A stretch of 64,000 nucleotides of DNA. It comes from Synechococcales cyanobacterium VAR_4_metabat_354. Lineage in GTDB: Bacteria > Cyanobacteriota > Cyanobacteriia > Cyanobacteriales > Chamaesiphonaceae. Below, one piece after another: positions 8,786 through 19,034 of this stretch (positions within the stretch are counted from its first letter, which is position 1; every line of letters begins with the position of its first letter). Below the pieces are notes generated by a model. The model made no database searches. It was given only the letters and a program-made list of their open reading frames with translations, and was not told the DNA's origin. The stretch covers positions 1 through 64,000 of the forward strand of contig JANOQI010000011.1 in the NCBI GenBank assembly GCA_031414775.1. Direction: 5' to 3'. The position numbers and the translations under genes were made by a program.

Positions 8786-9940
8786 TTAGCTCTGGTCAGT
8801 TGGTAATGCCTGAATATCTTTGGCCAGCTGCTGAAGATGCTGCTCTCGATCGATCATCAGCGGGCTTGGATCAACATTGACAGCCGCTAACATTTTTTTC
8901 CAGCGATAAACCCAATCGTGCCTTAGTAGCGAGTTAACAACATTACGTCGCCGAATTCTTTCCAATCTCTCTGGTTGAGCATCTAAATCGGCGATCGCAG
9001 CCAGAATATCTTGATCGCGAGGATCGACTTTGATCACAACATCTTCCCAATCAAAATATTGAGAGAAAGTGTTACTAGTTGGTGGTATCCCCAACATAAT
9101 CGTGCCAGCAGCAGCTCCTTCAAAGAAGCGACTACCCATTTCTTGAGATTTACCAATCGTCGCTGCTTCATCGAATTTAGCAAAATAGTTAATACTATAG
9201 CAACTTCTTTGCAACAGACTAATCAGCTTCAGGCGATGTTCAAGATGATTGTCTATTTTGAGAGCCTGTTTTTTGATAGTGTCGTAGTAATAAAACAAGT
9301 TGCTGTTTTGAGCTTTTTTAATTAGAGGTTCATGCACTTGTGGTGCTCTACGACCAAGCGAACAAACATCGATCGAACGTTGGGGCGGATTGGGGTAAGG
9401 GCAAAATTTCAGCGCGTCTACCCCAAAAGGAATATGAGTGACCGGTCGATCAATCATGCTACTCAACCTGGAATGGCAATAGTCAGAACTAACAAAAACG
9501 TGATCGAAGTTTCGGAAAGGTTCTTGGAGCAAACGCCAATTACTTAAATCTGGTTCAAACATTTCGGTAATGTAACAAGCCGTATGCCGGCATTTATCTC
9601 GCCAGCCCTGAATCAAACCGATCGATTGCAGATCCCAAGGAACATTTACAACTACCAACAACAAATCATATTCGTGATCAATCACAAATTCTTTGGGATA
9701 CGGGGTGATTTTTTCGGCCAACCGCTCTGACCTACCCACATATTTGGCCAAACGGTAAAGTTTACGGAGGGAATCGTAAGTATTGACTGGAGCAAATAAA
9801 TCGGCTTCTTCAAAATCGCAGATCAAGTCTTCAAACTCGTAAAGAGCACAACTAGCGGCATCAGAGTTAAAGCCGCGCATGGAAGCAACGAGAATGCGAG
9901 CTGATTCTTTTTTATTAATGTCAGAAGAACTGGTAGACAT
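8786..9940 (-). CDS. Glycosyltransferase (GT-B, Glyco_trans_1_2-like)
   Basis: C-terminal motifs SRFFEGAAAG and HDWVYRW. Confidence 0.75.
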   Translation of the reverse strand: MSTSSSDINKKESARILVASMRGFNSDAASCALYEFEDLICDFEEADLFAPVNTYDSLRKLYRLAKYVGRSERLAEKITPYPKEFVIDHEYDLLLVVVNVPWDLQSIGLIQGWRDKCRHTACYITEMFEPDLSNWRLLQEPFRNFDHVFVSSDYCHSRLSSMIDRPVTHIPFGVDALKFCPYPNPPQRSIDVCSLGRRAPQVHEPLIKKAQNSNLFYYYDTIKKQALKIDNHLEHRLKLISLLQRSCYSINYFAKFDEAATIGKSQEMGSRFFEGAAAGTIMLGIPPTSNTFSQYFDWEDVVIKVDPRDQDILAAIADLDAQPERLERIRRRNVVNSLLRHDWVYRWKKMLAAVNVDPSPLMIDREQHLQQLAKDIQALPTDQS

Positions 9941-10087
9941 ATTGCTAGAAAATCACCCAGGATTTAGGTTAAATAGATGCAATTACTGGACAAAGCAATA
10001 AGCGGCTAATCAGAATTCCAGTATTTCTATCTTATGTCTAAGTTAGGCCACTTCATCAAGGTACAAAATCAAAACCATTTTTATGAA

Positions 10088-11392
10088 TTAACTTTCACAA
10101 GTGGGCAGGGTGATGGTAATAATAGTCCCCACATTGATTTTGCTCTCGATCGATAGTTCTCCGCGATAACGCTGGGTAATAGCCTGGACGATCGATAGGC
10201 CTAAACCAGAGCCACTGCTAGCATTTCCGGCGGTTGACCTGGCTGGATATACCCGATAAAAGCGGTCTAAAAGCCTCGGCAAATCAGCCTCGGCAATACC
10301 AATGCCCTGATCTTGCACCTGCACTTGCAAAATTAGCGGGCTAGATTTAGGCACGGCCTGGAGATGAATCGAAACCACCGACGCGGTTTGTGATTCAGAT
10401 TGCTCTGGAGTGTACTGCACCGCATTGGTAATCAAATTGGTAAAGAGTCGGGCTAGCTCATCCCAATCACCCATCACATTGAATTCTGGTGGGTAATCAG
10501 CGATCTCAATCTGAAGTTGGATACCTTTGGCCGTAGCGGCCAACTGCTGTTCTTCCATTACTTCTACAAGTAAAGCATCCAACGGAATTTGCTCGGCTTC
10601 AATCGGGGTACTGCTGTCCTGACGCGCTAAAAACAGCAAATCATCCACTAGTCGGCCTAGTCGGCGGGTGAGGCGTTCAATTACCTGCAATTGTTGTCGC
10701 TGTTCGGTGGGTAGTTGGGCATTAGTCGCTAAGGCCACTTGGACATTGGTTTGAATAGTAGCCAAAGGATTACGTAATTCGTGAGAAGCATCCGCCGTAA
10801 ACTGCTTGAGTTGCTGATAAGAAGCCTTGATTGGTTCCATCGCTAAGCCAGAAAGAAACCAACCTACTGCCGAGACGGCAATCATCATCAATGATGTCCC
10901 GACTAATAAATCTACCAGTAAGAGTTGGCTAGGCTTAGTCACTTCAAACCAGGGATGACTAACCCTTAGCCAGCCTAAGGTCTGCTGATGAAAACGCACT
11001 GGCTGGGTAATTTGCCGCAACAGGTGTTTGGGACTTATCGAGATAGTTTCGCCGTTAGCGTTGTGATGTAGCGGTGCCTGAAGTGGCTCTGGCCAAGTTG
11101 ACCATAATAACTTGTCTTGCAGGTCAAATAACTCTAGATCAATATGATCATCTTCTAAATCAGCAAAATTATTGTGAAAACTCTCGGCCACATCAATTTG
11201 ACCATGGCGATCGATTGCGATCGATCTACGCACTACTTCCACCACATGATCGAGGGTGTCATCAATCCGTTCAATGAGGGTGCCACGCACATAGAAAAAC
11301 ACCCCACTAGCAAAGACCAGCAGCACCACCGCCGTGACGATCGCATACCAAATAGCCAAACGGCGGCGGGTAGCTTGAAACATAATAGTCAC
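10088..11392 (-). CDS. Two-component sensor histidine kinase (ManS-like)
   Basis: Two TM segments, H-box FTADASHELRNPL, N-box NLITNAVQYT, G-boxes DQGIGI and GSGLGLSI. The MFQATRRRLA N-terminus (ATG 11383) resembles cyanobacterial ManS. Confidence 0.9.
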   Translation of the reverse strand: MTIMFQATRRRLAIWYAIVTAVVLLVFASGVFFYVRGTLIERIDDTLDHVVEVVRRSIAIDRHGQIDVAESFHNNFADLEDDHIDLELFDLQDKLLWSTWPEPLQAPLHHNANGETISISPKHLLRQITQPVRFHQQTLGWLRVSHPWFEVTKPSQLLLVDLLVGTSLMMIAVSAVGWFLSGLAMEPIKASYQQLKQFTADASHELRNPLATIQTNVQVALATNAQLPTEQRQQLQVIERLTRRLGRLVDDLLFLARQDSSTPIEAEQIPLDALLVEVMEEQQLAATAKGIQLQIEIADYPPEFNVMGDWDELARLFTNLITNAVQYTPEQSESQTASVVSIHLQAVPKSSPLILQVQVQDQGIGIAEADLPRLLDRFYRVYPARSTAGNASSGSGLGLSIVQAITQRYRGELSIESKINVGTIITITLPTCES

Positions 11393-12300
11393 AATTTTTG
11401 CTGCTGATAAACTTCATTGGCAGCTCGAAACACCAAAGAGTGCCGATAGACTAAACTATCCAAATCGGCTGCATAGCCGCCGCCAATCACATAGGCCACT
11501 GGATAACCAGCTCGCACACAAGTGCTAAGTACCTGCATATCGCGACAGAACAATCCTCGATCGGTCAGTGCTAACTTGCCAAGTCGATCGCTAACATGCG
11601 GATCAACCCCAGCATCATACAGCACCAGATCTGGTTTAAAAGATGTCAATAAATCGGGCAAATACTGCGCCAAGATCTGCAAATATTCATGATCTTCCAT
11701 TCCCTCCACCAAAGGCACATCCAGATCGCTGGCCTGTTTGGTATTGGGAAAATTGATGCCACAGTGCATCGAAAAAGTAAATACATCCGGGTCATTTTGA
11801 AAGATCGCGGCTGTGCCATCCCCTTGATGCACATCTAAATCGACAATTAGCACCTTTTTAACTAATCCTTCCTGTTGCAGCACCTTGGTAGCCATTGCTA
11901 AATCATTAAAAATGCAAAAGCCTGATCCATAGCCCGGAAAAGCATGGTGGGTGCCGCCAGCAGAATTTCCGGCCAAGCCAAATTCGAGGGCGAGCCGCGC
12001 CGCTAAAGTAGTGCCACCCAGCGCAATTTGGGTGCGATTGACTAGTTGGGGACTCCAAGGCAAACCGATCCGCCGCATCGCCTTGGGATCGATCGATCCA
12101 TCCTGGTAAGACTGCACATAGTCAACAGTATGCACTAGCTCAATCCATTCACTAGCCGGTAATTCTGGTTGATACACCCGACCAACCACCCCCTCCGCTA
12201 CTAACAGATTATGTAAAATTCCAAACTTAGCCATCGGAAACCGATGGCCGTCGGGCAGCGGTGTTACATAGTCTGGGTGGTACACCAAGGGTGGGGACAT
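11389..12300 (-). CDS. Histone deacetylase family protein
   Basis: Motifs GGTHHA, GFCIFND, DLDVHQGDGT and GGGY. Confidence 0.93.
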   Translation of the reverse strand: MSPPLVYHPDYVTPLPDGHRFPMAKFGILHNLLVAEGVVGRVYQPELPASEWIELVHTVDYVQSYQDGSIDPKAMRRIGLPWSPQLVNRTQIALGGTTLAARLALEFGLAGNSAGGTHHAFPGYGSGFCIFNDLAMATKVLQQEGLVKKVLIVDLDVHQGDGTAAIFQNDPDVFTFSMHCGINFPNTKQASDLDVPLVEGMEDHEYLQILAQYLPDLLTSFKPDLVLYDAGVDPHVSDRLGKLALTDRGLFCRDMQVLSTCVRAGYPVAYVIGGGYAADLDSLVYRHSLVFRAANEVYQQQKL

Positions 12301-12339
12301 TGCGGTAAAGTGTTGTTGAGATATTCTTTTGAACTACTG

Positions 12340-12882
12340 ATGCTGAGACGAATCGCCAGACTACTAGTAACCCTGTTGCTCATTGTACAGATCGGGGCAG
12401 CACCTGCCCAGGCTGCTAGCCTGAAGGGACATATTGATACTCTCGATGGTTATAAATTTCTCTATCCCAATGGCTGGGTAGAAGTGCCGTTCAAAAGCGA
12501 TGCGGATACGGTCTATCACGACCTGATTGAACCGACTGAAAATGTCAGCGTGATTATTAGCCAAGTACCTGGCAATAAAAAATTAGCTGATTTAGGTACG
12601 CCCACTGAGGTTGGTTTTAAGCTGGGCAAAAGTGCGATCGCCCCCGCTGGCTCGGGACGAGAAGCCGAGTTAACCACAGCGGAATCCGAAGAAATCCAAG
12701 GTAAAACCTATTACTACTTAGAATACTTAGTAAAAATTGGTGAGCAACAACGTTACAACCTGGCCAGCGTGGTAGTAAGCCGGGGCAAACTATTTACTTG
12801 CAATGCCTCCACTACAGCCAAACGCTGGCCAAAAATGAAAAAAACCCTCAACGAAATGATTCATTCTTTCAATGTCGCTTAA
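12340..12882 (+). CDS. psbP: Photosystem II PsbP family protein (CyanoP-like)
   Basis: Signal peptide from ATG 12340, then DGYKFLYPNGW and ENVSVIIS..LADLGTPTEVG. Confidence 0.8.
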   Translation: MLRRIARLLVTLLLIVQIGAAPAQAASLKGHIDTLDGYKFLYPNGWVEVPFKSDADTVYHDLIEPTENVSVIISQVPGNKKLADLGTPTEVGFKLGKSAIAPAGSGREAELTTAESEEIQGKTYYYLEYLVKIGEQQRYNLASVVVSRGKLFTCNASTTAKRWPKMKKTLNEMIHSFNVA

Positions 12883-13465
12883 CTTACCCCCGATCGTTTT
12901 AGCCTCGGCTTCCCCCGCACGGCGGCGTCTGCTGCAAACCATTGGCATCGAGCCACTGATTGAAGTCAGTAACTTTGATGAAGACCAAATTCAGTTGGAT
13001 GACCCGCAGGAGCTAGTCCAAGCTCTCGCTTTGGCTAAGGCCAAAACTGTCAGCGACAGACTGACCTACGACCATTGTGTGGTGTTGGGCTGCGATTCAA
13101 TTTTGTGGTTTAATGGCCAGGCTCAAGGCAAGCCACCCAATGCAGCAACAGCAATCCAGCGTTGGCACGAGATGCGGGGTGGGGTAGGATCTATCTATAC
13201 TGGTCATGTGATGATCGATCGCCAAAAGCAGCAAACAGTCATCCGGTGCGGCTGTACCAAAGTTTTTTTTGGGCAAGTTAGCGACAGGCAAATTGCCGCT
13301 TACGTGGCCACCGGAGAGCCACTCAAATGTGCTGGGGGATTTGCCTTAGAAGGGATGGGCGGACTGCTCGTCGATAAGATTGAGGGCTGTCATACCAATG
13401 TGATTGGTCTGAGTTTGCCGTTAATTCGTTCCATGCTGACTAGCCTTGGCTATGATGTCATCTAA
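12872..13465 (+). CDS. maf: Maf-family nucleoside triphosphate pyrophosphatase
   Basis: Motifs LASASPARRRLL, GCDS, GKP, GEPLKCAG and NVIGL. Confidence 0.93.
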   Translation: MSLNLPPIVLASASPARRRLLQTIGIEPLIEVSNFDEDQIQLDDPQELVQALALAKAKTVSDRLTYDHCVVLGCDSILWFNGQAQGKPPNAATAIQRWHEMRGGVGSIYTGHVMIDRQKQQTVIRCGCTKVFFGQVSDRQIAAYVATGEPLKCAGGFALEGMGGLLVDKIEGCHTNVIGLSLPLIRSMLTSLGYDVI

Positions 13466-13508
13466 CTTTTGAACAGGACATTAAGTATATTGATGGGGCA
13501 AGTAGAGT

Positions 13509-14588
13509 ATGACAGCTAGTAAAGAGTTTCAAGAGCATTTGCAAGCCGGGCAGATTTCTCAGGCCATCGCGTTAGTGGTTGGCAAATTGGTTGAACTAGA
13601 CGTTACCACTGATCTAGCAGCTACTGATACTAGCCCTCAAACCAGCCTGAGCACCAAAATTAGTTTGCTCACAGGTAAGATCAGCACTGAAGTCAACCCA
13701 GAATTATTGAGTCGGGAGTCTTCTCAGCAGATCCTGGATTTTCATACAGCTCAAATTACGGCCACCAACAAAGTGGTGCGCGATCATCTGCATAGCCTCC
13801 GCGAACTACTACAAATCCTGGGGGGTGTCATACCACCTAGCATAATTGCCTCAGATGACCAAACTGTTTCAGTTTCCAATCAAATTGCCGACCAGCAAAA
13901 TACAACAGACTTATCCTTATCTACTGTTCCTGAAATTATCCTGCCGCCAGCAGACCTTACCCCATCTGTACAAGTAAAAATTTCTAACATAGCCGACGAT
14001 GAATTCCAGCATATTGAGAAACTGCTTCAGTACTCTAATAATAAAAAGACTGAGCATGGATCCCGAGCGGCGGCGGGCATGGCAGCAGCGGTTGCTCAAG
14101 CTGGTTCACCCAAATTAGATGAAGCTAGTTCAATTCCCAATAAATTTGACCAAGTACTAAAATCAGCTGGGGTCAAAGAAAAAGAAGATGCGGCCAATAA
14201 CCCTTTTACCTCTGCTCCGCAGGTAGCCAAAGAACCAGACAATACTCGACAGCCAGCCATAAGCAACTATCATCTCGATGAAGAATGGGATGAATGGTTG
14301 CTCGAAGAAGATGCGATCTTATCGGAGCTGTCGCAAGTCAGTGAGGAAGTAACCAGGGATAAAATTCCAGATTGGAATGAACACTGGTTGAATCGATCGA
14401 ACGAACAGCAAGCAGCAGCAGAAGACTGGGAAAGTTTCATCCCAGAATATGTAGATTTGGATGCCCCTGCCCACCAGGGACAGGCCAATGTAGAGCGATT
14501 TCGCCAGAATCTGGTCAATGATCCCCAGTTGATGAGTGAACTGTTAGCCGAACTTGATGATATTGAGAGGTTGAATAAAGGTAAATAG
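13509..14588 (+). CDS. Hypothetical protein with an acidic, Trp-rich C-terminus
   Basis: 359-aa ORF that fills the gap between maf and coaE. No recognised catalytic motif. Confidence 0.75.
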   Translation: MTASKEFQEHLQAGQISQAIALVVGKLVELDVTTDLAATDTSPQTSLSTKISLLTGKISTEVNPELLSRESSQQILDFHTAQITATNKVVRDHLHSLRELLQILGGVIPPSIIASDDQTVSVSNQIADQQNTTDLSLSTVPEIILPPADLTPSVQVKISNIADDEFQHIEKLLQYSNNKKTEHGSRAAAGMAAAVAQAGSPKLDEASSIPNKFDQVLKSAGVKEKEDAANNPFTSAPQVAKEPDNTRQPAISNYHLDEEWDEWLLEEDAILSELSQVSEEVTRDKIPDWNEHWLNRSNEQQAAAEDWESFIPEYVDLDAPAHQGQANVERFRQNLVNDPQLMSELLAELDDIERLNKGK

Positions 14589-14589
14589 C

Positions 14590-15177
14590 CTAAGTCTTAG
14601 CGGCCAGTAGCCGATCGACTTGAGCCAGGAGTTCTTCCTCAGCACCAGAGTTGTCCAACACTACGTCTGCCAGTTTAATTTTCTCAGGTAAAGGCATTTG
14701 GCTAACAATCCGAGCTTGAGCTTGCTCAGCGCTGAGTCGATCGCGTTGTTGCAGTCTGGCCAGCTGCTGCGGTAAGTCACAAGCCACGACCCACACTTCA
14801 GTGACCATAGTTTGCAGCTGAGCTTCAAACAATAGGGGGATCACTGCTACGATAGTAGAACTGGTAGCTTGCTGAATGGCGCGGGCGAAGCAATCGCGCA
14901 CATAGGGATGGATAATCGATTCCAGCCAGTCCTTTTCGGCAGTCTGATAGAAAATAATCTCAGCTAACTGAGATCGATCAAGAGTGCCATCCGCCATTAG
15001 TAGATGAGAGCCATATCGATCGATAATCTTAGCCAAAGCGGAGCTGCCGGGAGTAACCGCTTGCCGCGCATAGGTATCAGCATCAAATATAGGCAAATGA
15101 TAATGCTGGGCTAAATATTTAGAGACCGTGCTTTTACCGGTGCTAATGCCACCAGTGAGTCCAATAATCCGCCGCAC
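14590..15177 (-). CDS. coaE: Dephospho-CoA kinase
   Basis: P-loop IGLTGGISTGKST, plus LESIIHPYV and IPLLFE. GTG start at 15177 follows the upstream gene's stop. Confidence 0.93.
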   Translation of the reverse strand: MRRIIGLTGGISTGKSTVSKYLAQHYHLPIFDADTYARQAVTPGSSALAKIIDRYGSHLLMADGTLDRSQLAEIIFYQTAEKDWLESIIHPYVRDCFARAIQQATSSTIVAVIPLLFEAQLQTMVTEVWVVACDLPQQLARLQQRDRLSAEQAQARIVSQMPLPEKIKLADVVLDNSGAEEELLAQVDRLLAAKT

Positions 15178-15178
15178 C

Positions 15179-15706
15179 CTAGGTAGAAACTTCTGAAAAT
15201 TCAATGACCCGGCCTTCATAGTCTTTAACTAAAAAGCTCAAAGGCTGTTCGCGCTGAATTTTGTGCTTCAGACCGCGTGTTTGAATTCGCATTAAGATCA
15301 TTTCTAAACATTCCCGATCAAAACACACATGCCGATCGCGGTCTCTATCAGAAATGTTCGCACCAGTAATAATATGCAACTGGGTATTTTTCTTGAGCTG
15401 GTACCACAGACCATCGGCAGGACGATTACCACGTACGGCAGACCTGCCCATTGGGGCTGACAGATAAATCGGGTCTAGTCCAGCACCGCCAATACTTTGC
15501 TCATAATCGTAGTAGTAATGCAAAGGCACATCGGCCACCGGCAAGTTCAACAACCCCTCATATAATTCTTTAGCGCCTTCTAAATCAGACACCATCAGGG
15601 TATGAACTTTCGGAGCACTAGTCAAAAACATCCACATGGCTCCAGCATACGCAGCCAGAAGCAGCACCATGATGCCTTGGGTAGAAAAGAGACTATCGAG
15701 TGGCAT
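15179..15706 (-). CDS. Glyoxalase/VOC-like domain protein with an N-terminal TM helix
   Basis: VOC-type strands VHTLMVSDLE, QLHII, RHVCFD and VKDYEGRVIE. Confidence 0.75.
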   Translation of the reverse strand: MPLDSLFSTQGIMVLLLAAYAGAMWMFLTSAPKVHTLMVSDLEGAKELYEGLLNLPVADVPLHYYYDYEQSIGGAGLDPIYLSAPMGRSAVRGNRPADGLWYQLKKNTQLHIITGANISDRDRDRHVCFDRECLEMILMRIQTRGLKHKIQREQPLSFLVKDYEGRVIEFSEVST

Positions 15707-15912
15707 AGTGGTATTTCTAGGTCTGACAACAAAATTCTAATGACTAGTATAGATCGGTTTTTTAACTTACGGCTGCTCATTAGCGCCCTCTATCTGGCAG
15801 AATCGGTAATCTAGCCGATGAAGAAGATTGACCAGACTTATGCCGCTGGGGTCATCTTCTGTGATAATATCCAGACTGCCTGAGCACCAGCCCTTACTCG
15901 CACCATTTTCCC

Positions 15913-17664
15913 ATGCCACCGTCAGACTTCCAACGCCGTACCAAAATTGTTGCAACTATTGGTCCTGCGACTAGTAGCCCACAGGTACTCAAAGAGCTGA
16001 TTCTTGCTGGGGCCACGACCCTGCGTTTAAACTTTTCGCATGGTACTCACGACGATCACCTCACCAGTATTCGTCTGATTCGGCAGATTTCTCATGAACT
16101 GGAACAGCCGGTAGGCATTCTACAAGATTTGCAGGGGCCAAAAATTCGCTTGGGTCGGTTTACAGATGGTTCGATTGTCCTCCAGAATGGCGATCCTTTT
16201 GTATTAACCAGTCGAGATATTCCGGGCACCCAAACAGAGAGTTCGGTTACCTATGACAAACTAGCAGCCGAAGTACCGTCTGGCGCTGTCATCTTGTTGG
16301 ATGATGGCAAGGTAGAAATGGTAGTAGAAAGCATAGACCACAGCGCTGAATCTCTCAACTGTCGCGTAGTAGTAGGTGGCAAGCTCTCCAATAGCAAGGG
16401 TGTGAATTTCCCCGGTGTTTATCTATCCATTAAAGCCATGACCGATAAAGATCGGCGGGATTTGATGTTTGGTCTAGACCAAGGTGTGGACTGGGTAGCT
16501 TTGAGCTTTGTGCGCAATCCAGAAGATGTTTTAGAAATCAAAGAATTAATTGCCAACGCCGGTAAAGAAGTCCCGGTCATTGCCAAAATCGAAAAACACG
16601 AAGCGATCGAACAAATGGAAGCGGTCTTATCTCTTTGTGACGGCGTGATGGTGGCGCGGGGCGACTTGGGTGTAGAGTTGCCAGCCGAAGATGTGCCAAT
16701 TTTACAGAAGCAATTAATTGCCACCGCCAACCGCCTGGGGATTCCGATCATTACTGCAACCCAGATGTTGGACAGCATGGTAAATAACCCCCGCGCCACC
16801 AGAGCCGAGATTTCGGATGTGGCCAATGCCATTATTGATGGCACCGATGCAGTCATGCTCTCCAACGAAACTGCTGTCGGCGAATTTCCGGTGGAAGCCG
16901 TTAAAATGATGGCCAAGATTGCTGTGCGAACTGAACGAGAACGTCTTGGTCGGCGAATCGAAGACACTAAAAAATCGATTCCTAATGCCATTAGTTCAGC
17001 CGTGGCCAGTATTGCCGAACAACTCGATGCCGCTGCCATTATGTCCCTGACCAAAACCGGCTCTACTGCCCGGAGCATCTCCAAGTTCCGACCGCAGCAA
17101 CCCATTTTGGCCATAACGGCTCATATGGATGTCGCGCGGCGTTTACAGATGGTTTGGGGCGTAAAACCTCTCCTAGTACTAGATTTACCTACTACCGGTG
17201 AAACGTTCCAAGCAGCGGTCAAAATAGCTCAGAATAATAATCTCCTCAACGAAGGAGACTTGGTAGTCTTGAGTTCAGGCACCCAGGGCGTGGCCGGTTC
17301 GACCGACTTAATTAAAGTCGAGGTAGTCACGGCGGTGTTAGGTCAGGGCAAGGGCATTGGTCAAGAGGCCGTAACGGGGGTGGCCAGAGTAGCTAATAAC
17401 ATCAAAGATATCAATAGCTTCCGAGCGGGGGATATCTTAGTGGCTCAGTCTACTGATGCTAGTTATCTAGATGCCATTCGCAAGGCTGCGGGAATTATCG
17501 TAGAAGATGAAAGCTTAACTTGCCATGCTGCCACGCTAGGTTTACGGCTAGGGAAACCAATTATTGTGGGAGTTAAAGATGCTACTACCAAGATTCGAGA
17601 TCAATCAGTAATTACTTTAGATGTAATGCGAGGACTGATTTATTCTGGCAAAATCGACATCTAA
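15913..17664 (+). CDS. pyk: Pyruvate kinase with C-terminal PEP-utiliser domain
   Basis: Motifs RRTKIVATIGPA, LNFSHG, MVARGDLGVE and ATQMLDSM. Confidence 0.97.
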   Translation: MPPSDFQRRTKIVATIGPATSSPQVLKELILAGATTLRLNFSHGTHDDHLTSIRLIRQISHELEQPVGILQDLQGPKIRLGRFTDGSIVLQNGDPFVLTSRDIPGTQTESSVTYDKLAAEVPSGAVILLDDGKVEMVVESIDHSAESLNCRVVVGGKLSNSKGVNFPGVYLSIKAMTDKDRRDLMFGLDQGVDWVALSFVRNPEDVLEIKELIANAGKEVPVIAKIEKHEAIEQMEAVLSLCDGVMVARGDLGVELPAEDVPILQKQLIATANRLGIPIITATQMLDSMVNNPRATRAEISDVANAIIDGTDAVMLSNETAVGEFPVEAVKMMAKIAVRTERERLGRRIEDTKKSIPNAISSAVASIAEQLDAAAIMSLTKTGSTARSISKFRPQQPILAITAHMDVARRLQMVWGVKPLLVLDLPTTGETFQAAVKIAQNNNLLNEGDLVVLSSGTQGVAGSTDLIKVEVVTAVLGQGKGIGQEAVTGVARVANNIKDINSFRAGDILVAQSTDASYLDAIRKAAGIIVEDESLTCHAATLGLRLGKPIIVGVKDATTKIRDQSVITLDVMRGLIYSGKIDI

Positions 17665-17681
17665 CATCTAAAAACCTTGGA

Positions 17682-17709
17682 AGTAGGATGGGTGCATCCC
17701 TTTCCTACT
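17682..17709. terminator. Hairpin between convergent pyk and aroH (GTAG...CTAC, REP-like)
   Basis: AGTAGGA...TCCTACT with an inner GGG/CCC pair. Confidence 0.45.
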
Positions 17710-17725
17710 AGCAACAATATTGTCC

Positions 17726-18127
17726 TTAATTAACTGGTACCCGTGCGATCGACTCTATCGTCCAGTCCGGGCGCAGATTGCTTGCTCCCCGCAGATAAGG
17801 ATGATCAACAGATTGATGTGCTGGCAAATTAGTATGCACCAAAAAGCGGATACATTGGGGTAAACTGCCCGCCACCTGCATTTGTTGCACATCCATCATC
17901 GCCACACTGTCCCAATGCGGGCGCTGTCTAGCAATCTGGGCAGGAAAAATTGCGTCTAAATCAGGGGTGGTGGTAAAAATAGCGCTGATCATTTCCTGGG
18001 GATCAAGATGGTTGCGAGCTTCTAAAGCGGCGAGCAATTCTAGGACGGATTCGGTAATTGCTTCGATCGAATTTTCCCGAGCTGTTGTTGCCCCTCGAAT
18101 TGCCCGCACACGCCACTCTGCACCCAT
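17726..18127 (-). CDS. aroH: Chorismate mutase, AroH class
   Basis: Motifs VRAIRGATT, DLDAIFPA and HPYLRGASNLRPD. Confidence 0.93.
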   Translation of the reverse strand: MGAEWRVRAIRGATTARENSIEAITESVLELLAALEARNHLDPQEMISAIFTTTPDLDAIFPAQIARQRPHWDSVAMMDVQQMQVAGSLPQCIRFLVHTNLPAHQSVDHPYLRGASNLRPDWTIESIARVPVN

Positions 18128-18152
18128 GTTGTCCTCATTAATTAATGACCAA

Positions 18153-18971
18153 TTATGGCCGATATAACCACAGCGGTTGACCGCTAGTGCTCATTTCAAA
18201 TTGTACCCAATTCACCGCTGTTCCAACACCTAAAGACTGGATTTGTCTTTGCAAAATGCGGTTTAGTAATGGTTTGCGCTCCTCAATATTACAGCACTTC
18301 GCTTGTTCAGGATCGAGACCAGCCAGCTCAGCAGCCCACCTTCTGGCATCCTCTTCGGTGCCTAACCTGTCCACCATGCCCAGATCCAAAGCCTGTTCAC
18401 CAGTGAATATCCGGCCATCAGCGAAGGTTTTGACTGTCTCTACTGGCAAATTGCGAGATTCAGCCACGATCTGCACGAATTGGGCATAGCTAGAGTCAAT
18501 CAATGCTTGGAGAATTTCTTGCTCGGGAGGTGTTAACTCTCGATCGAATGACAAGATATCTTTGTAGGCTCCAGATTTGATTACCTTAAAAGATACACCC
18601 ACCTTATCCAGCAGCTTTTCTAGGTTATTGCCGCGCAGAATTACCCCAATGCTGCCAGTGACGGTGCCGGGATTAGTCACAATATGTTTAGCTCCCATCC
18701 CGATGAAAACTCCGCCGGAAGCCGAGATATTGCCATAACTGGCCACAATTTGGACTTTAGATTGCAGCCGTTTCAGTGCGGTATAGATTTCGTAGGAATC
18801 ACCCACTGTTCCACCCGGACTATCAATCCGGAGTAACAGCGCCGGAAATTTCTTTTCTTCGACGGTTTTGAGCGCCGCTAATATGGCCTTGCGAGTGCTG
18901 CTGCCGATCGCTCCGGCAATTTCAATCCGGGCAATCTGTTTACTAGTTCTTGGTTTAAACGGCCAGACCAT
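18153..18971 (-). CDS. sppA: Signal peptide peptidase SppA (S49, short form)
   Basis: Motifs LRIDSPGG, SASGG, TGSIGV and DGRIFTGEQA. Confidence 0.92.
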   Translation of the reverse strand: MVWPFKPRTSKQIARIEIAGAIGSSTRKAILAALKTVEEKKFPALLLRIDSPGGTVGDSYEIYTALKRLQSKVQIVASYGNISASGGVFIGMGAKHIVTNPGTVTGSIGVILRGNNLEKLLDKVGVSFKVIKSGAYKDILSFDRELTPPEQEILQALIDSSYAQFVQIVAESRNLPVETVKTFADGRIFTGEQALDLGMVDRLGTEEDARRWAAELAGLDPEQAKCCNIEERKPLLNRILQRQIQSLGVGTAVNWVQFEMSTSGQPLWLYRP

Positions 18972-19034
18972 ATGATTTTACTTTTCCCAATGCTTAAAAA
19001 AAATATACAATTACAGTAACTACTTCCAAGATAC

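Noticed and set aside
16419..17114. Long antisense ORFs (231 aa opposite pyk; also 47565-48110, 55365-55778, 58785-59324 and others)
   Set aside because: They lie wholly opposite well-supported genes and have no recognisable motifs, so they are shadow ORFs.
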